Assembly (NCBI GenBank): GCA_964016885.1
Contig: OZ024753.1
Coordinates: forward strand, 27,280,001-27,344,000
DNA length: 64,000 nucleotides
Direction of reading: 5' to 3'
DNA from: Eledone cirrhosa
Taxonomy: Eukaryota
Shown here: positions 13,087 to 26,022 of the stretch, piece after piece
Numbering within the stretch: position 1 is the first letter of the stretch
Layout of the letters: each line of letters opens with the position of its first letter
Notes under the pieces: generated by a model
The model's database searches: none
What the model was told of the DNA's origin: nothing
The model's input: the letters and a program-made list of their open reading frames with translations, nothing else
Program-made: the position numbers and the translations under genes

Positions 13087-14048
13087 TAAGTAGATTTATT
13101 TTAGTTGTTTTACATTGATTTTGGCTGCATACTTCTATATTTGATGCCTTTGTGCAACACCTTGGGCAGCCTCGGGTCGACTCAAACTTAGATGCAAAAT
13201 TTCTGATCTTAAGCGATAGATCAGATCCATTATTCGGTTTAACACAACCACCTAGCCGTTGGATGTCTTTATTGGAGTTCAGTTTGTTGAAAACAATTTA
13301 ATCTAGTTTCCTGTCAGATGATTAATCAATATTCTGATAAATGACTTCTTACTACAGAAAAACACGAGTTTCGGCCTGTTCTTTCTCCCCTTTTGTGTTA
13401 CCAAACATGGAGGCTCAGTGAATGTTATGAATGTCACCTTTCCCACCCTGACTAAAACATGATAAATGTTAATAAAATTGTTAAAAGAATTCTGGGAGGA
13501 AAATGAGTTGTTATATAAGCAGTGGTAGCACGTTTGTTTCTTGGCAAACGTTACACTTTCATGACATTAGTTAATTGCTTAATCTAAAGAGAAAAGGGAA
13601 TATACAGGATATTTGTGGAGCAAAATTAGTGAAGAAGAAAAAAGCTGCATTTTAAATCAGACGATAGATTTGTCTCCCATCTAAGACTACGTATTTTACA
13701 CTCAAAGTTGTGGTGACTAGAGGTTATAACATAAGACATCTGACCAAGGTGTCGCACAATGAAAGCGAACATAGAAGTACACAGCCAAATTTAATCCTCG
13801 TACTTGCTGTTACGGTTACTTTCTGCGTTTGAGATTTCCCACTTTTTCAAATTTCAGCAAATGAACAGTACGATTTTCGCCCATGGCGCAGCTTAGCTAA
13901 CCAAATAGTCACACTGTGGCAGGTCTTCAAGAAAGCATGGGAGTATTGCCACACAAACATTTGTTTTTAACCTTAAATGTTCAGGATATCATTGCGAAAG
14001 ACAACACATAACACAAATGGTGAATGACAGAAAAAAAATGTAACTCAC

Positions 14049-14163
14049 ATTCGTAGCATTTTTGCATTTCTGAACAAAACCGATATTAGGTTCCAAGCCA
14101 TTGATAAATAACTCCATTTTTTTAACGGAATCTTCGTCATTCTTATATAACGCTGCGTCTTTA
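14049..14163 (-). CDS. MOXD1/DBH-like exon 11 (minus strand)
   Basis: tttcag|T+KDAALYKNDEDSVKKMELFINGLEPNIGFVQKCKNATN|gtgagt; phase 2/0 joins exon 10 in frame. Confidence 0.78.
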
Positions 14164-14676
14164 CTGAAATACAAGATGACAAATTAATATATTGTTCAAT
14201 TGCTTTAATTCGATATACAAATAAAATTATTTAAATACAATTCTGAGCACCGCCACCCGTAAAGTGGAGGAGAGAAAGACACCTAAATACCGAGACTTGA
14301 CCAACCGCATCCTTTTCGTGCCGGTCGCCGTCGAGACCTCGCTTGCGCTCGGTCCCTGAACTGATGTTTTCCTCCGCAAAATCGGGAGGAGTGCATCCTA
14401 CTCAAGGAAGGATCCCGTGAAATTGATTTGCTGTTCTCTGCGGCACTATCATTTTGTCCGCGAAGATGAGACGAACTGAAAGATACCGCCTAGACCGGGG
14501 TTTAGAGTCTGCCACACCGTTCCCACTTTCTCGTACTTGCTGTTACGGTTATTTTCTGCGTTTGAGATTTCCCACTTTTTCAAATTTCAGCAAATGAACA
14601 GTGCGATTAGCAAACCAAATATTCACACTGTGGCAGGTCTTCAAGAAAGCATGGGAGTATTGCCACACAAACATAC

Positions 14677-14795
<119 letters not shown>

Positions 14796-15019
14796 ATATA
14801 TATATTTATATAAATATATATATATATATACCGCACTCCTGTTCCCTCTCCTACACACACATGCAGACAAAAACAATACAATCACGATTCTTGTTCCATA
14901 ATGACTTGTTACATCATGAGATTAAAAATTCAGCATTATTGCTACTATCACAACCCTCAACACTCACACGCAAAATCTTACCATCACTTTTGATGTTTTA
15001 CTCGAAATATAAAACAGGT

Positions 15020-15245
15020 TTAACTCTTTAGCATTTAAACCGGCCGTATCCAGCCAGAATTCTCTCACCTCTTTCTGTTCAAACCAGCCATAGCTGGCTG
15101 CTCATATTGATATTAACGTATTGTTCTCAAAATAAATATCAAAATCTCGTAGATTCGATATTATGTGAGATACTTATGTGAAATAAAGCCTTTACCGTGA
15201 AAATACAATAGTAAATATAGAGTAATGGAAATACTAAAGGTTTAA
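15020..15245. mobile_element. piggyBac-like MITE
   Basis: TTAA-CTCTTTAGCATT ... AATACTAAAGGT-TTAA; a related end occurs at 10440-10476. Confidence 0.5.
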
Positions 15246-15270
15246 TAAATAGATATTAATTTAATCATAC

Positions 15271-15380
15271 TTGATTTCGTTTTTGTCATATTCAACATGG
15301 CTGAGGCAATTTGTTAGTTCAATTCGGGGATAATAAAAAATATAGGCCAAACACATTTCATCGGAAGTGCCAAGTCAACC
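15271..15380 (-). pseudogene. MOXD1/DBH-like exon 10 (CuM Met, EMC motif), on the opposite strand, with in-frame TGA
   Basis: tttacag|G*LGTSDEMCLAYIFYYPRIELTNCLSHVEYDKNEI+AA|gtatga; family motif GGLxTxxEMCLxYxxYYPR; TGA at 15377-15375 in place of Gly; phase 0/2. Confidence 0.9.
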
Positions 15381-15844
15381 CTGTAAAGGAAATAAACGAG
15401 ACATGAAAGAATTAGTTCAGAAATTCATATGAAAATATCAGTACACATATAAGCACAAGGCCAGCAATTTTGGGGTAGGGTAAAGTCAATTAAATCAACC
15501 CCAGTACATTACTAGTACTTTATTTCATCGACCCCGTGAGGGTGAAAGTCAAAGCTAACATTGGCGGGATTTTTACTGAGAACGTAAAGGGTTGTAGCAT
15601 GGTGTCCGACGCTCAACTGATACTGCCAATCCCCATAATATTAACAACAACAACAACAACAACACTAATAATAATTGTTTCTACTTTAAGCACAAGGCCA
15701 GCAATTACCCAGTGCATTACTGGTACTTTATTTTATCGACCCCGTAAAATAAAGTACCAGTAATGCACTGGGTAATTGCTGGCCTTGTGCCTAAAGTAGA
15801 AACATTTGTTGTTGTTGTTGTTGTTGTTGTTGTTAATAATAATA

Positions 15845-16636
15845 ATTTAGAGATCCACAGACATGGAACTGGTTGAAAATAGGAGACCTTAAAAAGGCTA
15901 CAGAAGGAATGCTAATGGCTGCGCAAGAGCAGGCCCTCAAAACGAAGTGGGTGAAACACCATATTTACAAGGAGGAGGCTAGTCCACTGTGTAGGATCTG
16001 TGGAGAGAGAGAGGAGACTGTGGCTCACATTGTATTCGAGTGTAAACACCTAGCCCAGACTCACTATAAAGGCTGGAGACATGATGTGATGGGCAGGGTG
16101 ATCCACTGGCACCTATGCAAAGTAAACAATTTACCACATTCTGAGAAGTGGTATGAGCATAAGCCAGAGTCGGTGATAGAAAACGATCAGGTGAAGGTGC
16201 TGTGGGATTTTAGGATACAGACGGACAAGATACTGGAACACAATAGACCTGACCTGGTGATTTTGGACAAGGAAAAAAGATCGTGCCTGATTGTGGATGT
16301 AGCCTGCCCATTCGACACAAGAGTGCAAGAGAAGGAGAGGGAGAAAATTAACCGATACCACTTAAAGTGGGAGGTAAAAAGGATTTGGAACTGCCATGAA
16401 GTCAAAGTGGTCCCGATTGTCATAGGCGCACTAGTTACTATCTCAAAGAGTTTCCAAGGATGGTTAAAGAAAATTGGTCCCGCCCCGCTTTTTGGAACAC
16501 TTCAAAAGGCATGCTTGCTGGGAACAGCAAGAACCCTCCGATACGTCCTGAATATCTGAGGCTGCAGGTAGTGGCTTGATATTCATTTCAACAAACTTTC
16601 CTGTTAAATAACATCAATGACTGAGACTCAAATAAC

Positions 16637-16670
<34 letters not shown>
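15845..16670 (+). mobile_element. R4/Dong-clade non-LTR retrotransposon 3' end (CCHC + REL endonuclease) in (TAA)n
   Basis: ORF 15873-16559: AAQEQAL, CRICGEREETVAHIVFEC, RHD, LWDF, NRPDLV...VDVACP...EK; flanked by TAA repeats. Confidence 0.88.
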
Positions 16671-16930
16671 GGCGCTCTAGGAATGATACCTAAGGGGTCT
16701 AATGATTACTTATCGCAAATCGCAGGATTTATACAAAAGATAGTACTAATGGGAACTGCCCATATACTAAGGAAGATTCTGTCAATATAAGTACATCACA
16801 AGTCTAAACACCTAAAGATGCATGTGTGTGTATGTATGTTCTTTCTTGAACATGGCGGACCTTGTCTCTTGAGGTCACTGGTTGTGACTTGGTGATAACT
16901 CGTATGAACATAAATGCAATAGTAATAATA
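16671..16930 (+). mobile_element. Second, divergent R4/Dong 3' tail
   Basis: GALGMIPKG...IQKIVLMGTAHILRKILSI*, parallel to GALVTISK...LQKACLLGTARTLRYVLNI* of the first copy; TAA flanks. Confidence 0.7.
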
Positions 16931-17959
16931 ATAATTGTTTCTACTTTAGGCACAAGGCCAGCAATCACCCAGTGCATTACTGGTACTTTATTTTATCGAC
17001 CCCGTAAGGATGAAAGGCAAAGTCAACCTCGGTGCGATTTGAACTCAACCTCGGCGGGATAATGATAATAATGATAATAATGATTTCTACTATAAGCACA
17101 GGGCCAGTAATTTTTGGAGAGGGGAAAGTCGATCAAATTGACCCCCCCCCCATATATATATATATATATATGTAGGAGGTGAGTTTTATTGTAGTACAAT
17201 AAAGCAATGCAGATATCGGATAAGTAGCACTCTACAGTTTGTAGGACTGGAGTATAAATAATATATAAGATCAAAAGATGGTTAAAAGAGTTTCATGTAT
17301 TTTATTATGCGCATTTCAAAAACAAATATCATCATGCAATAACATTTGCGTTTTCGTCAGATAAAATAGGGAGACATGATATGAAGGTTAAAAAACACTT
17401 GTGAATAGTGCAGTTTTAAATCAACATATGAAAAGTTTTACGGCAAGATAAAATAGACTACACTCTCATGTGTATTCCAAAATCTGGTACTTTTTTTAAT
17501 ATAAAACAAACTCTTATTCACTAGTTTATTTTGTACTAGTTTATGTTGCATAGAAAACAAAAATTTCAATTTCAATTTTTAAAGATATACAGAAAATAAA
17601 ACTTCTCTCACACACTGCGTTACTAAGTGATTAAAAAAAAAATTATGATTAAGATATTCTAATATTTTGCATTTCAATAAAACGAAAACGAATGAGTGTA
17701 TAGCAACGTACATAAGATTATCTTCGAAATATCAGTTGTGAGAATTACTTCTCTCAACTGATATTACGAGAAGAGTCTATGTCCTCATCTTATTGAAATG
17801 CAACTATCTTATTCATAATATTATGAACAAGATATTTACATATTTTGCATTTCAATAGGATTAGGACACAGGCTCTCCTCGTGGTGTCAGTTGTGAGAAG
17901 CAAACAGAATTATACTCGAATGTTTCAATAAAAGCATAGAAACACAAAACAAGAATATG

Positions 17960-18530
17960 TTAGGTGTAAAAGTCAAACTTGCTATCTTCAATTCGGTATT
18001 CGTGCCAAACCTTACCTATGGTTTGAGTAATGACTGAAAGAATACGATCGTGAATACAAGCAACCGAAATGGGGTTCCTGCGAAGGGTCTTTCGAGTAAC
18101 GTTACTCAATAGAATGCGTAGCTCGGAGATCAGAGAGTCACTCCAGGTAGAGTTGCTACTTCTCCGACTTGAGAGATCACAGCTCCGATACTATGGGTAT
18201 GTGGTTAGAATATCTCAGGAAAGAATCGCTTGATAGACTTTACGGACAAAACAAACTTGCAGGCGACTCAGGGGTAGATCCCGAGCAAGATGGTTGGATA
18301 ACATCCATGAGCTTATCTGGTCTCGCTTGAGGATCCAACCGAATCAGTTGGAGACGGTTGCTTCAGACAGGACCCACTGGAAGGAGAGTTTGAGGACTCT
18401 GTCCCTACAACCCCCCACTCAGGAAGAAGAAGAAGAAGAAGAAGAAGAAGAAGAAGGAGGAGAAGAAGAAGAAGAAGAAGAAGAAGGAAGAGAAAAATAA
18501 GAAGGAGAAGGAGAAGAAGAAGAAACACAT
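17960..18530 (+). mobile_element. RTE-clade LINE 3' end with (GAA)n tail
   Basis: KLAIFNSVFVPNLTYG...IQATEMGFLRR...RSSEIRESLQVE...ERSQLRYYG...RWLDNI followed by GAA repeats. Confidence 0.8.
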
Positions 18531-18683
18531 AATTATGTTGTCACAAAAACTAGGTGCAGCCGTACTGGATCGTTAAAAATTGAAAATATTGAGCCGCCTG
18601 CAATTATGCTTAGAGTGGGGGAAATAGAGAGAGAGATAGGAGGGGGGAAGCAAAGATAGGGACAGAGAGAGACAAACAGAATC

Positions 18684-18746
<63 letters not shown>

Positions 18747-19235
18747 TAAATAAATCAAGAGAAACTCAGTTTGTGACTAAGAAAAAATAAAGGAATATTA
18801 CACAAACAATTCTCACATAAATCTTATATTACATTTGGTAGCGTGTCTTTCATAGAAAATAACAAATAAAACATTTCTCATTCATTCATGACCTCAATAA
18901 TGAACGATAGGGTGTGTTTAGGAGATTCGAACATATTCACACAAAATGTGATTTTCTGTTGTAAACAAACTTCGACGACGAGTGTTCCACTTGTTCCAAC
19001 AACGAGACAGTCAGTTCGTGACACCACTGGCCAAGTAATCCCAGTGGAAGGAAGCCACAGTGGAGGAAGACCAAGGAAGACCTGTATGGAAGTGGTAAAA
19101 GCTGACCTCAGATCGCTAAGCCGGAGAAGATGACAAAGGAACTCGACAAGTGGAGAGATGCTGTACTGAGAAGGAACCGTCCAACCCATGCAAGATGGAG
19201 CATCAGGCGTAAAATGATGATGGTGATGATGAGGA

Positions 19236-19296
<61 letters not shown>

Positions 19297-19901
19297 TTAT
19301 ATATATATATATATATACTATATATACACACACACACATTATATATATATATAATAGAATATAAAAGAAAAGCGAACAGAGATATATAGATATATGTGTT
19401 CAAATCGTAAGGGACCTGATTCGCTAAGGTGAAAAGAATATTAACTATAGACATTTGGGTTTGCTTGTCTCAATTTAAGAAAAAATTAAGAAAATAAATC
19501 AAACCGGAATTATGGTAACTACCAATCACCCAGACAATTGAGACAAGCGAACCCAAATATCTATAGTTAATATTCTTTTCACCTTAGCGAATCAGGTCCC
19601 TTACGATTTGAACACATATATCTATATATCTGTTTCGCTTTTCTTTTATATTCTATTATAATATACGGCTCAGAAATATCTTTTCTTAGAGCTATTTTGT
19701 TGTAAGAGACTATTTTGAGTTCCTAACTCAATATATACATTTAATATATTCTGCTCCGTTAATTTGTTGCGCTATTTCAAATGTCGAGTAAGCCTGGCTG
19801 CTATTTCTAGTGGTGTGGGTTTGTGAGACTCGCTAGGATGCCATGTGCGCTGTTTTATTTTTTATGTATAGCATACATAGATGTGTCTAGGATACTAATT
19901 C

Positions 19902-19976
19902 ATCACCCACTGATGAGCTTGGATTAGTATTTCTATTCACAATTAACTTTGCGAAACAACAAGTTGTCTAGGTGAT
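19902..19976 (+). ncRNA. Type I hammerhead ribozyme in a ~490-bp non-coding repeat (19352-20218)
   Basis: ATCACCCA-CTGATGA-GC...GC-GAAACAAC-AA-GTTGTC-TAGGTGAT; GUC triplet 19966-19968. Confidence 0.8.
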
Positions 19977-20468
19977 TGGTAGTTACCACAATTCCGGTTT
20001 GTATTTATTTTCTTAATTTTTTCTTAAATTGAGACAAGCGAACCCAAATGTCTATAGTTAATATTCTTTTCACCTTAGCAAATCAGGTCCCTTACGATTT
20101 GAACACAGATATCTATATATCTGTGTTCCCTTTTCCTTTATATTCTATTATAATATACGGCTCAGAAAATCTTTTCTTAGAGCTATTTTGAGTTCCTAAC
20201 TCAATATATACATTTAATTATATATATATATATATATGAATAAAGTTAGTCCTTCATCAGTGATCTTCCAACCTTCATTGGCATTTCATCGCTTTAAAGA
20301 CCATATACCTCCGGTTGGTGCGAGCAACGGCTAAAGAAAGTCGTTGGGACACATAAATAAAGGGAACGAGCGAGACTGTAAACAATCAAAGATGGTAATG
20401 CAACGAAAAGTGAGGAAGGAGTCAAGTCCCTGAATTCAATGAATATAAGTTCATATATATATATATAT

Positions 20469-20542
<74 letters not shown>

Positions 20543-20559
20543 ACAGACAGACAGATAGA

Positions 20560-22150
20560 TAAGTTTCTATTTATTTGCCACGAGGGCACAACAGACAGAT
20601 AGATAGATAGATATGTTTCTATTTATTGCCACGAGGGCGCAAAAGAAGGGGACAAATACAAAGGGGGGAGGTTACACAAAAGAACGAGTAAAAAAAAAAC
20701 AAATAACAAATATAAAATTAACAATAAAGTCCTCAATAGGGAAGAGGCGTTTTTGGGGGTCGCACACACCCCCGAAAAAGTGTGCAACCCTTCTCCCCAG
20801 GAGAACAGAGAGAGGGTGCTCCCTTGTTCTTCCATCTTTTTCACCTACATGCTGATATAGAGAGAAGGCCCATTCATACGAGCCATTCTCGCCACTTTAA
20901 CCCACCTTTCATAAAACTGGCTGGGGTGGAACACCTCTCTCTCCATCCCGATTCTTCTTCCGAAATGATATCGGAAGAAAAGGACCAGTTGTAGGCCAGA
21001 GAGAAAAGGTGTTTGACCTCAGTCCTTTCAAACGCGTCCACCATACAACCTCTTTCACCATGGCTATTACGCACAGAAACACCGCCTCTCCTTCATTTTT
21101 GAAGGGGGGAGGTGGCTTGATCGTTATAATGGACTCGGTGGTCACCGGTAGGTCCCACCCGTGACAGCAGTCGTTCGACATAGCCCCACAGATCGGCGAC
21201 GCCCGGGCAGTGTACCAATGCATGCACGATGGTTTCCTCGTCGCGCACGCATCTGAGACAGATCTTTTTCGAGGGGTCCCTACCCGGGCGCCCGTGTCTG
21301 TAGGGCTTTTCTCGAACGGGCAGAGCCCCTCGGTAGCACTGCCAAACCAGGGACCTCTGGAAGTTGTCCATGGGTCCTGGGCTAAATGTCCTATCGAACA
21401 GGCTGGCCAGTTCGTCTTCCTCCATGCCTAGGGCTTCTCTGAGGGTGTCGTCGCACCTGCTGCGTACCAGATGGATAGATAGATAGATATATTTCTTTAT
21501 TTGCCACAAGAGCGCACAAGAAACGGGGACAATACAAGGACATATGCCGAGGATTTTACATACAGTCGTGTAAAATATTGAAACAAACAAATTCAACAAT
21601 CGAAATCCCCAATAATGGGGGAGGCGTTACAAATGGGTTGTTTAATACCCCGTAGATAGAACAACCCTCAACTTCAGGAGCGTGTTGTGCGAGTGCTCCT
21701 TTCCTCCTTTTGCTCTCATCTTCAACCTACAGGTTTATATACAGAGAAGGCCCAATCACTCGGGCCATTTTTGCTACATTCACCCACCTTTCAGTAAATT
21801 TACTGGGGTGCAGTGCCTCTCTCTCCACTCTGATTCTCCTTCTAAAGTGGTACCTAAAGAAGGGAATGAGTTGTTGTCCGGAGAGAAAGGCATCTGTCCT
21901 CAGTCCTCTCAATCTCGTCCACCATATAATCTCTTTTACCATAGCCACTATACAGAGGAAAACCCGCTTCTCTTTCGTTTTTGAAAGAAGTTGGCGGTTT
22001 GATCCTTACTATGGACTCGGCAGTCAACTGGATTTGTCCCATACGTGACAGCAGTTATTCTGCGAGATTCCACAGGTCCGTTACACTCGAGCAGCAGCAG
22101 TGTACAATTGTGTGCAAAATGGTTTCAATCTCCTGCTCGCACATACACGG
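20560..22150 (-). mobile_element. Stacked Tx1/L1-clade 3' fragments separated by (GATA)n
   Basis: zf-RVT-like CLRCVRDEETIVHALVHC in 21093-21599; two homologous ORF2 tails (20613-21468, 21492-22150) plus a 35-bp stub (20560-20595). Confidence 0.75.
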
Positions 22151-23835
22151 TTCTATTGACTATTTTATGACTGAATAGAAATAAGAATAAGGAATAAAAG
22201 AAAGAAGACATTTTAAAATGCTTATTCAAATGAGTCATACGAATAAGTACACGTTGGAAAACATGTGATATTTAAACTGAAGGTATTGCACGGCGTTTTG
22301 TGAGAAAACGAATTCGTCACGAGAAGTCAGGTGTAACAACTGGCGCCATTCTACATTCTGATTTCAAATCACGCCGTAGAAGTCACCTTTGCATTTCATC
22401 CGTCCGAGGTCAATAAAATAATGTACCAGTCAAATACTGAGGTCGATGTAATTGACTTTCCTATTCCTCAAATTAGTTTCCTTGTGCCCTAAAGTAGAAA
22501 TCATTATTGTTTACCCTTAAGTCATTCCTGATCCAGAAGACGCATGATCAAGACTATAATTATCCCATTGTTGTTGTTATTGTTGTTGTTTAACTAGGTC
22601 TTCCTATGATCGAACACGTTTCAGCCGTGCCCACCCTGTTTGTTTTTGATTTTCAAACATAGGTCATGAATCTTGGTTAATGGCCGAAAGAATACGATCG
22701 CAAATACAAGCGGCCAAAAAGTAGAACTCGTCTACATCATTAGATGCAATCGCAGGTTTTATATCAGAGTGACTTTCTCTTAATGAAGACTAGGAGTCTC
22801 TCGCTCCACAAAAAAAAACAAATTTATTGGATGGTCGTTGACTCACAAACATACATACATACATACATACATACATACATACATACATACATACATACAC
22901 ACACATACCTGGTGGCTGCAACTCGATTTTGAGTAATGCCATCGCTTGATACATAAGCATGAGTATCACGGACGTGGCTTTTTAGTTATGCTAGGGACTT
23001 GCCTATGGTCAGCGATACCATGCATCGCAAAAAATGTCACATTTCAAGCAATGCCTGGGCTTGAAGGAAAGGCTTTTCCCGGGGCCAACCCCACTCTCTG
23101 AACATCGAATGCACTTGCCCCCAAAAGGACTGTTTTATATCATTGGATACAAACGAAGTTGAAATTAAGTATGACAAACTATCCTCAATTAGTCACCGTC
23201 GAGACCTCAGGCGTACTTAGACCACGTATTGCTGAGCCCCTCTGCAATATCGGAACGTCGACGGCCCGTCTGAGGAAAGAGACCCATGAGGTGGGCTGGC
23301 TGTTGCAATGGGTATCGCTGGCCATTGTCCACGGGAACGCTTTTGCGGTCCTGCCCGCGGGGCGCAGCCCCATTAACACTGCGACCTAGACCAAGAGCCC
23401 AATTCCCCCTCCTCTCCCCATTCTTCTGTGACACTAGAGCCCTTGCCTTTCCTTTTTCGTTTTTCTTTACATTTTCTTATTTCACATTCCATCAAATTAT
23501 TTTTCTCTTTATAAACAAGTTTTCTTTCCACTAAAGTTGTTAATGTCAATTATTTGCTGTTATATTCCCTGTATTTTGCACTTAAATAACTAGTTTGACA
23601 AATTGAACCCATTTGGAAGCAGAAGCATACAAAGGTGTCACCCCACACATAGTAACCTGTATTTATTTTAATCGTCCAGTTGCAAATAGTATAAACAAAA
23701 TTAAATTGTTTTTCCCATATGGCTTCTAAATTGGGTGAATATTCGAATCCGTTCAGAATTAGGCCAGAAGTCATGAACAAAGATAAGTCCATCACATCAG
23801 CATAAATATTTATATACATGAACTCAAGCACACAT

Positions 23836-23980
<145 letters not shown>

Positions 23981-23999
23981 ATGGCCGCAAACTTGTATT

Positions 24000-25286
24000 C
24001 GAGCATTGCTATCACCTGATAAAATGCTAAAAAATGTGAGGCACGAATGTAGCTCTTTAAACCAGCCAAAGACTTGGACCCTCTGGCACATACATGACAA
24101 TTGTAGGCACCCCTGGGACTTTCCACTGCTTGGTTCTGACTGTGTGTTCTCATGTCTTTTAAGTCCTGCCATGCTTGCACATTCCTTGCCACATTCCTGA
24201 CACCTTTTCAGATCATAATCTACATGAGGTCTACTGATATGACTTTGTTCGTGTCTAGTCAAACCAGCTTTACTAAGGCAGACTCGACCCCAATGCAGGT
24301 AAGCCAGATTTTGCTCAACAGCAGGCAGTTCAAAAAAGTCCCTTTTCCTCAACTTCATCTTCGACGAGTTTCAAAGTGTTCACTTCCTGACTTGATCAAA
24401 CGTCTCCACTTAACACGCTCCTCAGCCATTTTCTCCCATTCGTCAGATGAAATTCCAGCGCAAGCCAAGGTGCCCCTGTGTGATTGTCGCCTTCCTTCAC
24501 ACAGTTCTCCGTAGATAAGTTGCTTTGGAATACGATCATCAGACATCCGGACCACATGAATGCAACGCCTCAACCGATGCCGAAAGATCACGCATTCTAC
24601 AGTCATACACCTGCTCCCTTCAAGAACTTCCAAATAACTGATGAATATTTTCCATCGTACCCCAAGTATCTTACGAATAGATTGTTGGTGAAACCTCTCC
24701 AGTTACTTGAGGTGCTTTCTGTATGTGACCCACGTTTCACAATCATAAAGCAAGAGGAGACAAAACAAGTCAGATACACTTTTACTTTGGTTTCAATGGT
24801 GATACCTCCTCTGGACCATAAAATTTCATGCAGCTGTCCAAAAGCATCACTAGCTTTCTTGTTTCTTAAGGATATTTCATCATCAAGTGTGCATGAATTG
24901 TTCAACGTACTACCAAGATAAACAAACTTGTCAGCAACTTTTAGCCTCTTTCCGTACACGTACACACTTGGTGTAGTGTTTTCTTTCTCGGGTGCTGGCT
25001 GATACATCACAACAGTCTTTTCCAAGCTTATTGTGAGGCCGAAAGTGCTGCAAGCTTCAGAAAAAGAGTTCATAATACGTTGCATGTCACTTTGTGAGTG
25101 TGCAAAAAGATCGCAGTCATCTGCAAACAAATACTCTCGCATACCTTCGTACTTGCACCAAAGCGCCTGATGTTGAACAACCTTCCTGAAGTGCGATACC
25201 TGATGTAAACTCCATGCGAACAATTTTTCCTGGATGCTATGAGAAATACTATCGTAAAATATAAGGAAAACAGAGTTGGGGTCGGA

Positions 25287-25288
<2 letters not shown>
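24000..25288 (-). mobile_element. RTE-BovB-like LINE 3' part, frameshifted
   Basis: IRYRTSGRLFN, LFADDCDL, FGLTISLEKT, FVYLGSTL, RMSDDRIPKQLIYGEL, C-terminal C2H2-like fingers. Confidence 0.85.
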
Positions 25289-25326
<38 letters not shown>

Positions 25327-25503
25327 AAGGAATTGTGGTAAGGAATCAGATGGACCATAACGCACCAGAGTACTCAATACTTAGGGTAGTAGAGTGGGAA
25401 ATAGGAAAAAGTATGACCCCGAAGGCAGAGCTCAAGCCGTTTATTTGAGTCCAGAAATAGCCGTCGAAACGGCTTGAGCTCTGCCGTCGGGGTCATACTT
25501 TTT

Positions 25504-25540
<37 letters not shown>

Positions 25541-25547
<7 letters not shown>

Positions 25548-25938
25548 TAAACGGAATAGAAAATGCTGACAAATTGTTCACAGTTGAAAAATGGTTTAAT
25601 TAGGAATAAAAGAGTATTAGTGATTGTATGGGTTAGTATTCAGTTGTGGTTTTAAGTTTTTAAGTTTTTACCGGTTGCGCATTTCTAAATGCTTTTCAAA
25701 AATAATTTTGAGATAGAGTGTCCGTGCTGTTTGCTCTGATCAGAGCAAACAGCACGGACACTCTATCTCAAAATTATTTTTGAAAAGCATTTAGAAATGC
25801 GCAACCGGTAAAAACTTAAAAACTTAAAACCACAACTGAATACTAACCCATACAATCACTAATACTCTTTTATTCCTAATTAAACCATTTTTCAACTGTG
25901 AACAATTTGTCAGCATTTTCTATTCCGTTTACCAATAT
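25541..25938. repeat. Perfect ~400-bp spacerless palindrome
   Basis: Arms are reverse-complementary about TCTGA|TCAGA (centre 25739/25740). Confidence 0.9.
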
Positions 25939-25970
25939 ATAATAACTTGTGTGTTACACCTCTATTCTTT

Positions 25971-26014
<44 letters not shown>

Positions 26015-26022
<8 letters not shown>

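Noticed and set aside
15375-15377. Selenocysteine interpretation of the TGA
   Set aside because: It aligns to a conserved Gly, not Cys, and I recognised no SECIS; a single GGA>TGA change explains it.
17170-17260. Possible minus-strand exon 9 paralog (VECYLSDIC)
   Set aside because: No good donor site and no match to the ECxYxTxDR motif.
20236-20300. Hammerhead core CTGATGA on - strand (also ~40940)
   Set aside because: Truncated by (TA)n before any GAAA/stem III; cannot be called a ribozyme.
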